DNA of 64,000 bases, taken from assembly GCA_019322375.1 (NCBI GenBank), contig JAHWIP010000003.1, positions 6,792-70,791 of the forward strand, written 5' to 3'. The notes beneath the pieces were generated by a model. The model was given only the letters and a program-made list of their open reading frames with translations, had not been told where the DNA came from and made no database searches. Positions 46,756 to 57,200 of this stretch are shown in pieces; positions within the stretch are counted from its first letter, which is position 1; each line of letters begins with the position of its first letter. Origin of the DNA: Candidatus Woesearchaeota archaeon (lineage in GTDB: Archaea; Nanobdellota; Nanobdellia; Woesearchaeales; SM23-78). Position numbers and translations under genes: made by a program.

Positions 46756-48078
46756 ATGATTAACATGCCTTTAGAACAGATTAAGAGCAGGATTTCTGAA
46801 AAAACAGGCTTGTCAGATGAGGAGCTGGATGACAAGATTAAGGCTAAGCTTAAGCAGTTGTCAGGGCTTATTTCTGAGCAAGGAGCTGCTCATATAATTG
46901 CTAATGAGCTTGGTGTGAAGCTGTTTGAGATTGGTGAAAAGCTCCAGATAAAAAATGTGTTGACTGGCATGCGCAATGTTGATGTTGTTGGCAAGATACT
47001 GCAGAAATACGAGCTTAGAGAGTTTCAGACAGAAAAGCATTCTGGAAAGGTTTCTAACATGCTCATAGGTGATGAGACAGGTGTTATTCGTGTTGTTATG
47101 TGGCACAAGCAGGCAGAGAATATTAATAGTGTTAAAGAAGGAGATGTGGTCAAGATAAGAGGTGGCTATGTAAGGGATAACCAGGGCAGAAAAGAAATTC
47201 ATCTGAGCGAGCTCTCAAAATTCATTATTAATCCTCCTGGTGTTGAAGTAGAAGCAAAGCCTTATGAGCGCCCTGTTGCTGTTAGAAAGAGCATTGCTGA
47301 TATAAAAGAAGATGATGCTAGTGTTGAAATCTTAGCCACTATTGTGCAGGTGTTTGATATAAACTTTTTTGAGGTGTGCCCGCAGTGCAGCAAGAGGATA
47401 AGGCTTGGGGACCAAGGCTTTTTATGCCCGACCCACAGTATTGTGGAGCCGGATTATAATTATGTATTAAACCTTTACCTTGATGATGGAAGTGATAATA
47501 TAAGAGCTGTTTTCTGGAGGCAGCAGGCAGAGCAACTATTAGATATGGACAAATCCAAGGTAATGGTTTTTAAAGATGACCCTGCCAAGTTTGAGCCAAT
47601 AAAAACAGAGCTCCTGGGAAATATTATTTTGGTGAGTGGAAGAGCTAATAAGAATCAGAACTTTGACAGGATTGAGCTGGTTGCTAATAAGATTGACAAA
47701 AGCCCTGACCCTGATGAAGAGATAAAGAAGTTAAAACAAGAAGCAGACAAAGCAGTTGCGCAGGATGAAGGTGGGGATGAAGAGCAACAGAAATCGAAGA
47801 TTTCTGAGGGTTCCTACGGAACCGAAGAGGAAATAAAGCAGGAAGTAGCTGGTGGGGATGAAGAGGAAGAGATTAAGCAAGAGGAAGTAAAGGCAGAGGA
47901 AATTAAGGAAGAAGAACCTGTTGAAGAGGAAGTAAAAGAAGAAAAAATAGAAGAAGAGCCTATTAAAAAGAAAACAAAAGAAAAAGAAGATTCATTGCTC
48001 GCTCGCCAAGGCTCGCGAGAAAGCCAGGATGACTTAGAAAACCTTGACCTGGATAAAGAGTTAGAGGATATTGAGTGA
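46756..48078 (+). CDS. rpa: Replication protein A (RPA/SSB) with OB folds, zinc ribbon and acidic C-terminal tail
   Basis: N-terminus MPLEQIKSRISEKTGLSDEELDDKI...GAAHIIANELGV; OB GDETGVIRVVMWHK...GDVVKIRGGYVRDNQGRKEIHLSE; zinc ribbon CPQC...CPTH. ATG at 46756 after GGTGG. Confidence 0.7.
   Translation: MINMPLEQIKSRISEKTGLSDEELDDKIKAKLKQLSGLISEQGAAHIIANELGVKLFEIGEKLQIKNVLTGMRNVDVVGKILQKYELREFQTEKHSGKVSNMLIGDETGVIRVVMWHKQAENINSVKEGDVVKIRGGYVRDNQGRKEIHLSELSKFIINPPGVEVEAKPYERPVAVRKSIADIKEDDASVEILATIVQVFDINFFEVCPQCSKRIRLGDQGFLCPTHSIVEPDYNYVLNLYLDDGSDNIRAVFWRQQAEQLLDMDKSKVMVFKDDPAKFEPIKTELLGNIILVSGRANKNQNFDRIELVANKIDKSPDPDEEIKKLKQEADKAVAQDEGGDEEQQKSKISEGSYGTEEEIKQEVAGGDEEEEIKQEEVKAEEIKEEEPVEEEVKEEKIEEEPIKKKTKEKEDSLLARQGSRESQDDLENLDLDKELEDIE
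47995..48022 (+). repeat. Copy A of the 28-nt GC-rich motif (TTGCTCGCTCGCCAAGGCTCGCGAGAAA)
   Basis: Lies within the acidic tail of the RPA gene, sense orientation. Confidence 0.55.
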
Positions 48079-48091
48079 ATTAAAAATGTAC

Positions 48092-50200
48092 TTATCTTAC
48101 AACCCTGTCAAGACCAGCTTTTATAAAGGGCTCTTTTAATTTGTTTAATGCTTTTAATTCAATCTGTCTTATTCTTTCCCTGGTAACTTTGAATTCTATA
48201 CCAACTTCGTCCAAGGTATGGAAATTATACTTACCAATTCCAAAGCGCATGTAAAGAATTTTAATTTTTCTTTTACGGTCAGGATCCTTTTTAAAAGTGT
48301 CATGGATAACTTTTCTGACCTGATAACCTACTAATGATTGTGCAGCAGCATGTTCAGTATCAGCTTTTGGATCCTCAACAAGCTCACCTATTTCAACCTC
48401 TACTTCTTCTCCTATTGTTGTTGATAGTGAGATTGGTTTTTCAGCCCATTTTTTATACTTCTCAACTCTTTCCTCAGCAACATTCATTTCTTTAGCAACT
48501 TCTTCTGTTGTTGGCTCTCTGCCTAACCTGCCAAATAATTTCCTGGCAATTCCCAAGTACTTGTTTATTTTTTCCACTGAATGCACAGGAGTCCTGATAG
48601 TCCTTGCCTGGTCTGCTATAGCCCTTGTTATTGACTGTTTAATCCACCAAGTAGCATATGTTGAAAATTTATACCCTCTTCTGTATTCCCAGCTGTCTAT
48701 TGCTCTTAGAGCTCCCATGTTTCCCTCCTGAATCAGGTCAGTAAATTCCATACCCCTGTGCTGGTATTTTTTTGCTATACTCACAACCAGTTTTGTATTT
48801 GAACTTGCAAGCTCATTTTTGTTAGATATAAGCTCATCATGAAGCTTTTCTATTTCAGGGCTAACAGGGTCAAGATGAGGAAATATTGATTTGTAAGTTT
48901 CATAAGTTTTTTTCCAGTATTTTTTTTTGAATTTAAGTTTGCTAAGAAGCTTTTTCAGTGCAAAATCTCCTTTTTCTTTGGCATTATGAAAGTTCTCTAT
49001 AAATTCTATTTTTTCCCGAGCAGTCTTCTCATAACCTTTCCAAAGTCGTACTATTTCATCCGGGTGATTTATTTTAATAGCCTTTTCTATATCTTTTACA
49101 ACATAATCAACCAGGCATTCTGGCTTCTTATTGTCGCCTTGCAGGGAGCGCTCTTCAGACAATCCATTGTACAAGAAATTCCTGCTCTCAATTGTTTTGA
49201 ACTCATTAAACAGTTCTGTTAAGTATTTTGTTACAAACAAGTATTTTCCTAGAAAAGATTTTAGGGCTTTCTCCCTTCTTTTCTCAGCCTTTTCAAACTT
49301 TTTTTTGAAGACGTTCACATCTTCACAACAAATAATATCTTCAAGGTCTTTTCCCTTGTTTTCAAGGGTTTCATCCAAGCTTTCACCATGTTTTTTATTC
49401 AAGGCTTCCTGGGCTTCCAGGGCTTCATTAATATCCTTTCTTATTTTATTTAAGATATATTTTTTCTCAATAATATGCTTGAATATTTCTTCTCTTTTCT
49501 GCTCTATTTTTTTTCCAAAAGCATATTCCTGCTCTCTTGTTAGCAAGGCGTGCTTGCCCATGGAACTTAAAATAAAACTTGTTTCACTGCCAATATATGT
49601 CTTTCTCAAGTCTACTTTATCCTCCTCAAGGTCAGAGTACTCTTTTATCAAGAACTTATAATTATCATTAAAAATCTTATTTTTGTTTTCCAGAGCAGTT
49701 CTGTGCATGTCAAGAAGCAAGTTATAATAGAACTTTCTAACATCTGCCCTGTCATATTTTTTTCCATAGTCTAACTTAACAGGGTCGACATACCTGCTTA
49801 GTATAATGTCATGTTTTTTCATGTATGGGTCTCCGAATTCTTTTGGAGTCTTGGTTTCAATCTCTCTTTTTTTTTGCATCAGGTATGCCATAAATCCCCT
49901 TAACGAGATATAACTGTCTCTGTTTATATAGTCCAGGCAGAAAAAAGGATTTTTCTTAGCAAGCTTGATAAGAGCGCTGTTTTCAATATGAAATACTTTA
50001 GCAAGGTCAGCTGTTCTGAGCCTTTGGGAGTATCCAACTTCTTGTTTTAGAACAGAACCTTTTTGTATCAGGTCAAGAAAGAATTTTGAATCCATCTCTA
50101 TGTTTTCCCAGACAGAGGCTCCGAATTTTTCTTTGATTTGAGCAGGGCGCAGGTATATACCTTTGCTCTCTTCTAGAAAAGCATGGGCTGCTTCTTGCAT
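48092..50200 (-). CDS. Bacterial-type sigma-70 family factor with group-1 (RpoD-like) architecture
   Basis: Region 1.2 [15 protein letters not shown]; ~230-aa insert; region 2 [52 protein letters not shown]; region 3 and [21 protein letters not shown]; region 4.2 [18 protein letters not shown]. Confidence 0.8.
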   Translation of the reverse strand: MQEAAHAFLEESKGIYLRPAQIKEKFGASVWENIEMDSKFFLDLIQKGSVLKQEVGYSQRLRTADLAKVFHIENSALIKLAKKNPFFCLDYINRDSYISLRGFMAYLMQKKREIETKTPKEFGDPYMKKHDIILSRYVDPVKLDYGKKYDRADVRKFYYNLLLDMHRTALENKNKIFNDNYKFLIKEYSDLEEDKVDLRKTYIGSETSFILSSMGKHALLTREQEYAFGKKIEQKREEIFKHIIEKKYILNKIRKDINEALEAQEALNKKHGESLDETLENKGKDLEDIICCEDVNVFKKKFEKAEKRREKALKSFLGKYLFVTKYLTELFNEFKTIESRNFLYNGLSEERSLQGDNKKPECLVDYVVKDIEKAIKINHPDEIVRLWKGYEKTAREKIEFIENFHNAKEKGDFALKKLLSKLKFKKKYWKKTYETYKSIFPHLDPVSPEIEKLHDELISNKNELASSNTKLVVSIAKKYQHRGMEFTDLIQEGNMGALRAIDSWEYRRGYKFSTYATWWIKQSITRAIADQARTIRTPVHSVEKINKYLGIARKLFGRLGREPTTEEVAKEMNVAEERVEKYKKWAEKPISLSTTIGEEVEVEIGELVEDPKADTEHAAAQSLVGYQVRKVIHDTFKKDPDRKRKIKILYMRFGIGKYNFHTLDEVGIEFKVTRERIRQIELKALNKLKEPFIKAGLDRVVR

Positions 50201-50266
50201 TTTACTTTTTCACATAATTTAAAATATGTTTTAAATATATTTAAAATAATATATTCATATTTATTT

Positions 50267-52492
50267 TTAAACAATTTGGTATTCTTGCCTTACCTTCTTG
50301 TTTTTTTCAATGATAGGGATGAGCTGCTCTACAGCGCTTTTATGAAAAGCCTTTAAGTAGGTGTCTGTTGATGTCATTTTTAAGAAAGGAAAATCAGGGT
50401 CTGTGCTCATTCTGCTAAGCTGTTTGGGCTGAATCCTCATGCCAGTTGCTTCATATATATAATTTGAAGCTTGATGCACTCCAATTGTTTCTTTCTTGTC
50501 TTTTTTTATTAGTTCTATTTTTTCATCAAAGAACTTGGTAATAAAGATTTCTTCAAAACCGTTTTTTACAAGATAAACAGGCATGGTATTGCCTAGTTTT
50601 TCTATGTAGCTTATTTTCTTTTCAGGGTTATTGAACTCGTATCTTCTGAGATTCTTGATTAGTTTGGTTTCTATATGCTGGAACCGGGTTACACTTGTCC
50701 TTGCAAAGTTCTCTCTTATTATCTCAACCAGAAGTTTGTGCCCCCTAATTTTCTGAAGAATTTCAATTGCTTCAGCTCCCTTGTAAGTTTCGCTTGGTCT
50801 TTGATTAAAGAGACCTGCTTCTGCAAGCCTTCTGAAAACCAAAAGATTTCTTCCAGTGATTTCTGAAAGTTCTGACCCAGGGTACAGCCTTAAAGGATAA
50901 ATCTCTAGCATGTCTGGCCTGGTTTCAAGCCTTAAATCACCAATGCCTTCAAAAATCTGGGCAAGAGTCCTGCTGTTTTTAGATATAAGATTGTCATCTT
51001 CTTCAAAATACATTTCATCCAGCATGTCTATGAAACGCTTCATACCAAACTCTTTGAACTGCTCTGCTCTGTGCTTTGCAATAGCATACCCACAGTCCCT
51101 GCGAAATTCTGCTTTGAGGTGAGCCAAAAGATTTCTATCATCCTCAATTCTTTTTTCCTTATTTATGTAAATAACAGCACCATCTTCCTCTGTTTCCATA
51201 TATTTAGCAAAAGGGCCGGAAACTGATGGTTCTGCCAGCTCAATTTTAGTTTTTTTGTCTAATCTTTTTTCAACCCAGTCTGTTGCTTCTTTAAGAAAAT
51301 TTCTTAGCTTTGCTTCTTCTTTTTTTTCCTGCTCTCTCTTTATGTTTGTATAGATTCCGCGAGCAATATTTTTTATATGACTTTTTAGTTCTAAAAGCTC
51401 CTCAGTCCCTTTTTGTATGCGCTGCTTGTCAAATCCAAGATCTGGCTTTAATGATTCTACTTCTATAAACCCATATGTGCGTGCTGCAAAACCCAGAGCC
51501 ATTTCTTCCAGCTTGACAATTCCTCCTTCGCCCAGGGTTCTTCCAACCACAAGATGAATTCCACGCACATCCTTTTCTATTGTTTTATGCGGAAGATAAT
51601 ATATATGCCCTCTAATAGGACCGCATTTTTCTAGGGCATCCTTGATTTCATAAACAATTGCTTCTTTTGGAATAGGGGTTTCTATCTCTATATCATTCAT
51701 TTTTACTCTAAAAGCAGGGCTGAGCTGGAGTGCAAACTTTTGTTTAATCAAATCAGCAAGCTTGTCTGTTTCAATTGTGATTTTTCCTTTTTTAGAACCC
51801 AAAGGCTTCATAATGATTTCTGTGCCATGTTTTTTTTGGTCAGTTATTCTTTCTTCACTATAACTAACCTTTCCCCATAAGCCCTGATTAATTATTTTTT
51901 CTAAAGAACCATACTCTTCCTCAACATCCTCTATAAGCAGACTGGTGTTTAACTCAGGTATGGTGTGAGGGGATTCTCTTTTATCAAGAACTCTTTTGAC
52001 AATCCGCTCAATATATTTATCTTTTTGCTTCTCATTAAGATTCATCTCTTCAAACTTAGGGCTGGTTAAGATGGAGTGCTGAATGGTTTTTCTTACAAAC
52101 ACCTCTTTGGTATGATATTTTTTTCCTTTTCCTTTTTTTACTGTGCTCATTTGATAGCCAAAACAAAGGTATCTTATGAACTCCTTGCCTACTCCTGCAT
52201 CACCTATTTTTAGTCTTCCAGTGCGGGTTCTGGGGTTAAGCTTCTTAATATTAGTGCCATAAGTATTGAAGTGCTTAAGGTCTTCAAGATTCATGCCTTC
52301 CCCATTATCTCTTATGAGAAGACTTTTATTTTTATCATCAATTATTATTTCCACAAGAGGAGCATCTGCATCCCAGGCATTATCAATGCCCTGTATTATT
52401 GCTTCATAAGGGCTTAGAAATAGGGATTTGCCAAGATTCTCATGAAACTCTTTTGAGATTCCTCTCCTTACTTTAACAGTTTTCTTTGTCAT
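50267..52492 (-). CDS. GHKL-superfamily ATPase (Hsp90/MutL/MORC-like Bergerat fold) with a large C-terminal extension
   Basis: N-box EAIIQGIDNAWDADA; G1 LIRDNGEGMNLEDL; G2-like GTNIKK...IGDAGVGKEF. ATG at 52492 (GTG at 52498 also possible). Directly upstream of and co-directional with the sigma-70 gene. Confidence 0.55.
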   Translation of the reverse strand: MTKKTVKVRRGISKEFHENLGKSLFLSPYEAIIQGIDNAWDADAPLVEIIIDDKNKSLLIRDNGEGMNLEDLKHFNTYGTNIKKLNPRTRTGRLKIGDAGVGKEFIRYLCFGYQMSTVKKGKGKKYHTKEVFVRKTIQHSILTSPKFEEMNLNEKQKDKYIERIVKRVLDKRESPHTIPELNTSLLIEDVEEEYGSLEKIINQGLWGKVSYSEERITDQKKHGTEIIMKPLGSKKGKITIETDKLADLIKQKFALQLSPAFRVKMNDIEIETPIPKEAIVYEIKDALEKCGPIRGHIYYLPHKTIEKDVRGIHLVVGRTLGEGGIVKLEEMALGFAARTYGFIEVESLKPDLGFDKQRIQKGTEELLELKSHIKNIARGIYTNIKREQEKKEEAKLRNFLKEATDWVEKRLDKKTKIELAEPSVSGPFAKYMETEEDGAVIYINKEKRIEDDRNLLAHLKAEFRRDCGYAIAKHRAEQFKEFGMKRFIDMLDEMYFEEDDNLISKNSRTLAQIFEGIGDLRLETRPDMLEIYPLRLYPGSELSEITGRNLLVFRRLAEAGLFNQRPSETYKGAEAIEILQKIRGHKLLVEIIRENFARTSVTRFQHIETKLIKNLRRYEFNNPEKKISYIEKLGNTMPVYLVKNGFEEIFITKFFDEKIELIKKDKKETIGVHQASNYIYEATGMRIQPKQLSRMSTDPDFPFLKMTSTDTYLKAFHKSAVEQLIPIIEKNKKVRQEYQIV

Positions 52493-52676
52493 CAACACCC
52501 CCCGCGCCCCTCTGTTTTGCTACTGAATAATAGATATTTTATTTAAACCTTTCTATTTTAGAGACACAGATTTGACAGATAATAATTGCAAGCCATGTTT
52601 ATATACTTTACTCAGGGATGTCCAGTGCCTATTTTAGAAAATTTTTTAAACTACTGTTCTTATACCATATACTAGA

Positions 52677-53210
52677 ATGCCTAAAAAAAAGGATTCAAGC
52701 CCTGTTTTTGAAATATTCGTTGTTCTGGCCATAGTAGCTATTGTGGCTGTTACAGGACAGGTGCTGTTGCGTTATGAAAACACAGGCAGTTCTGCCAATG
52801 CTATTACTGGCTTTGCAGTTGCTGAGTATGAAGAGGAAATGGTTGAAGAAGAATTTCTTGATGTGGGTGTAGATGATATAAAGGTTAATCCTCCAAGCCC
52901 GTTAATAGGAGAGCCGTTTGAAATCAGGGTGATAGTTGCTAACAAAGGCTTTGTGGAGATAAACACTCCTTTTTATGTGCAGGCAAAACTAATACCTAAT
53001 GCAGAGAATGTTAAGCCCACGCTTCTCAACAGCGTGATAACCCAGATATTAAAGCCAGGAGAAACCTCAACAGCTGTTTTCAGGATAGCAACAGTAACAA
53101 AGGAAGGTCCTATGAAGATAATAGCAACAGCTGATTCTACTGCCAAACTAGGAGATGATAATCCTTCAAATGACCAAAGAAGCAAAACAATTATATTAAC
53201 CAATCAATAG
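52677..53210 (+). CDS. Membrane-anchored protein with a CARDB-like beta-sandwich (adhesion-type) domain
   Basis: N-terminal TM; GEPFEIRVIVANKG...DDNPSNDQ resembles CARDB; weak. Confidence 0.4.
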   Translation: MPKKKDSSPVFEIFVVLAIVAIVAVTGQVLLRYENTGSSANAITGFAVAEYEEEMVEEEFLDVGVDDIKVNPPSPLIGEPFEIRVIVANKGFVEINTPFYVQAKLIPNAENVKPTLLNSVITQILKPGETSTAVFRIATVTKEGPMKIIATADSTAKLGDDNPSNDQRSKTIILTNQ

Positions 53211-53223
53211 ATTATTTCTTAAA

Positions 53224-53682
53224 ATGATGTATATAACCCATATGGCAGTTGCATTATTTGCAGGGCTTTTAAAAGTAAAAATAATCCCTTTGCCCATAAA
53301 CAAATATGTTTTTCTATCAATCGTGGTGGTATCAGCTCTTCTGCCAGACATAGATTATGACTCATTCATAGCCAGGAAACTAAAACTAAGATTTGTGCGT
53401 TTCTTTTTTGCACACAGAGGCTTTTTCCACAGCATCCTGCCCATGGTATTCTTTATGATACTAGCCTTTTTAATCACAGGCAATCCTTACTACTCCTTAG
53501 CTGTTCTGATAGGCTTTGGCTCCCACCTGGCCTTTGACAGCATAACCATGAAAGGAATAGCATGGTTCTGGCCAAGCAAACTAAGAGCAAAAGGCCCCTT
53601 AAAAACAGGAGGAATAGTAGATTGGATACTGCTGTTAGTATTTATACTAATGGATGCAGTGATGGTGGTGGTTGTTTTCTGA
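53224..53682 (+). CDS. Membrane-bound metal-dependent hydrolase, YdjM/DUF457 family
   Basis: HRGFFHS and GFGSHLAFD motifs typical of YdjM-like proteins; 4 TM. Confidence 0.6.
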   Translation: MMYITHMAVALFAGLLKVKIIPLPINKYVFLSIVVVSALLPDIDYDSFIARKLKLRFVRFFFAHRGFFHSILPMVFFMILAFLITGNPYYSLAVLIGFGSHLAFDSITMKGIAWFWPSKLRAKGPLKTGGIVDWILLLVFILMDAVMVVVVF

Positions 53683-53739
53683 ATTGGTTATTTTGAAGAG
53701 AAAGAGTTAATAAAAAAAGAAATAATTTATAATTTTAAC

Positions 53740-54135
53740 TTAATAAAGATAGTCCGGAGTTCCCCAGTACCCTCCGCAGCCTTTACAAGCAGATTCTGAG
53801 CTACATGCACGGTTATACTTGCAGCATCCAGGAGTTTTTCTTGAAGTTGCATAACAAAAACATGTCACCCGACCACAATGAGGATCTCCCCCGCCAGATT
53901 CCATTGGCTTTCCCACCACGTTTTCTTCTTCCATTACTTCAGAAAGCATGTCATATTCCTCATCAGTAAGCCCAGACACAACATATGCCTTTTGTAATTC
54001 AGGTTCAGATGTTGTTGTAATTGTGGCTGCCTCTTCCCCTCTATTCATAAACATAACTACTATTGCCACTATGGCTACTATTGCTACCATTGCTATTAGT
54101 GCGAATAAGTAGTTGCCTTTGTCTTTTTCTGCCAT
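53740..54135 (-). CDS. Small membrane-anchored Cys-rich protein
   Basis: 131 aa; TM ALIAMVAIVAIVAIVVMFM; C-terminal CGRVTCFC...CC...C...CKGCGG. Confidence 0.4.
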   Translation of the reverse strand: MAEKDKGNYLFALIAMVAIVAIVAIVVMFMNRGEEAATITTTSEPELQKAYVVSGLTDEEYDMLSEVMEEENVVGKPMESGGGDPHCGRVTCFCYATSRKTPGCCKYNRACSSESACKGCGGYWGTPDYLY

Positions 54136-54264
54136 TTATTCACCTCGTTTTGTTGAATATAAGCTCTTTATTTTTGTTTTTTGGTTTGGGTTTATAAAAA
54201 GCTTTCGCAGGAATAAGCCACAAATTAGTTACTACTTTAGAATGGATAACATATTTAAATGTAG

Positions 54265-57200
54265 ATGTTTTCCTGGGCTTGTATGGCACAATCATCCATG
54301 TTTATTGGCAAGTTTGAATTTGAAGGGCCAGGCTCACACCTAACCATGACTCTTTGGCAGGGTAACAAGGCTTACCAGTTCTCAACTAATTTCATAGGGG
54401 TTTATCCTAATGACCAGACCAAGCTTAAGAAGAAAAAAACCATTTGGCCTGCAAGCAGGGAAAAAAAGATTTCTCTTGAAAAAATACTTGTGGAACAGGG
54501 CTTGGAAAAATCAGATTCTTTTGATATAAAACAGGGAGAATACGCCTTTGATATAATAGACAAAAGAATTGTGCAGCTTTTTCTGGATAAAAGAGATTAT
54601 GACAAGCTTCCGGAAGAAGCAACCAATGAGCTGATCACCTGCCACACTCAAAGCATGAAATGGGATTTTGGAATCATGCAAAAAGCAGAGATAGAGTCCT
54701 GGTTGTTAAAGATACTAAAGGAAAAGAGCAAGTTAGACCAGGAAATTGATTCCTTGTACAAGGCAATGCTCAGGACCAATAAGAAACAATTAACAGGTTC
54801 ATTAGATGATATAACGAGTTTTATTAAAAAAGATTATCATAAAGATGACTTTGATAAAAAAATTATTCCTTTGCTTTTTGAAAGCATTGGGTACAGATTT
54901 AAACAACAAGAAGATAAAAATTTATTGATTCACCTATTTCAGCAGACCAGGTATTCTTTTAAGCACAAGCATCATTATATTAATGCACAGAAAAAAGTGT
55001 TTGAGCCTTTAGACATAGAGATTGATTACCCTAAATTAACAGACAAGAAAAATGATGCTTATTATAAAAAGATATTAAAAAAGCCTTTTGGCAGAAGATT
55101 TCTTGAAAACAGCAAGCAGGTGCTTGGTGAAAAAGGCATAGATGCAATATTTTCCAAAGATAAGGAGATATACATCCTTAAATCAGAGCAGGAAGAATTG
55201 TTTAATACCTTTAAGAGACTGCTGAGCCATAAAGCAGAGTATCCTGATGTAGAGGACTATGTGGAGAGCATAAAATACCAGCTGGAAGACTTGTTCTGCA
55301 GAGTACAATACTTTAATCTTCACAGCAAGACACGCAAAGACCTTAGGAAGCTGGTTAAGGAAAAACTAGAAGAAATAGGGGGCGAAGAGAGAGACAAAGA
55401 TAATTTGAATTATGATAAAAAGATTTTTGAACGTGCACAAAGACTCAGGCAAAAAAAGCAGGACTTGGAGAGCAGGATTAAGCAGATAAAAAGCTCCAAC
55501 ACCCTGAAGTATGACTTTGACTACCAGAGAACAATGCTCTTTCTTGACATAATGCACAGGCATCCTGAAGTAAAAGGAGATGATAAGCTTAAAAAAAAGC
55601 TTAGAAAAAAGATTTATTTTGAAGGAATAAAACCAAAAGGAATGATTAATGAGCATGAATGGCTTGACCAGACACCCAGTGTTTTCCTGGACATAGAAAA
55701 ATTTCAGTATGGAACACCAGAAGAGGTTATTAATGCAATTATATCTTCTGTAAGAAGAGTAGATGGAGAATACATAGGGCGGATAGATACTGATATTGAT
55801 TCAGGAGAAAAAAATATTCTTGGTTTTCAAATAAAACACCACCATAATAATATGAACCTGATGCTATCCTCTGCTGATTTTATTAATCCAGAAAGATGCT
55901 ATACTTACTTTACCCAGGGCGACTATGATTTTAAGCATTTAAGCAAAACCAGGCTTTTTAGGACTGGCAAGGAAAAAGTGATTGTTCCAAGGCAAAAGGT
56001 GCATGAGGAGTTTATCAGGCGTTATGACATACCAGGCGTATCTATTAACACAGTCACGCTTGCAAAAATAATTTGGCCTCACCTGCTTAATCACAGATTA
56101 GCAACTCTTGTCAACAAATTATATCAAAAAGAAGGAACAGAAAAAGTATTTGAAAAATCATTTGACTATGAAGAATTAAGAGAACAAGCAGGGTTGGCCA
56201 AAAAAGGAGATAAAGAAAAAGCTTATGACATACTATATTATGGAGGGGATGATGTTGATAAACCATTCAAAGCCTGGCTTCATCCAAAAGCCAGATACAT
56301 CTTTAAAGACCTGCTGGAAGTGTGCAACACCTTTGGCATAACACCTGACCAGGCAAGCTCTAATGCTAACACAGCAGCCCATCTTTTTGAAAAAAGATTT
56401 TATGAAAAATCCGGAGGCATACTCTCTCCAGGCATCTTTAGGCAGAAACACCAGGAATTGGCCAAGGAGTTCAGAAACAAATATACTGAGTACAGAACCA
56501 AACATTTGCTAGAGCAAGGCCTGAAAATAGATTTTGAAAGAGGAGTCCAGGACAATGTCAGCCAGCTCTACTTTTCTCCAGAACTGTTCATATGCAAAGT
56601 GCTTTACCCTGATTTTCCAGGAGTAAAAGCCTTTGTTGACAGAACCATGCGCATGAAAAACCCTGAAAGAAAGGTCAGCAGGCTGCAGTATGTAAAACCC
56701 TTTGTGGTAAGCATGCTAACAGATTTATACGGAATTCATAAGATACAAGACGAGATAAAAGTGCTTGAGAAAGAAAAAGCTGAACTTCTTGAGGAAATAA
56801 GAGGAATGCCTGAAAGCCAGGAAAAACAGTCGGAAAAAGAACAAAAAATAAAGGCTTTTGGAGGGAAATGGGAAAAAATCATTGACAAATTAATAAGCAT
56901 GAATAATAAGAAGTATTTCTTTGGACAACTATTCGGAGTTAAATGCGAAAAAGTAGAGGAAAGAGTACAGCAGGCATACAAAACAATAGCAGATGTAATC
57001 AATGAGAATGATATTCATCCCTTGCAAATAAAAGGCAACTTTATCTATGCAAAAGAAAATCTTCCTGACAAGGTGCTGAGAAAAGCAGGCTTGTTCAGGA
57101 TGAGGAATATGCGAATATTTAATATGCAGAAAAATGAACTCACTTTTCATGCAGAAGACCAGTACGCAGGCTACCCGCCCAGGCTTGACCGCCCGGGTTT

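Noticed and set aside
49131-49661. 176-aa plus-strand ORF inside the sigma-70 gene
   Set aside because: It is an antisense shadow; the minus-strand product has full sigma-70 motifs.
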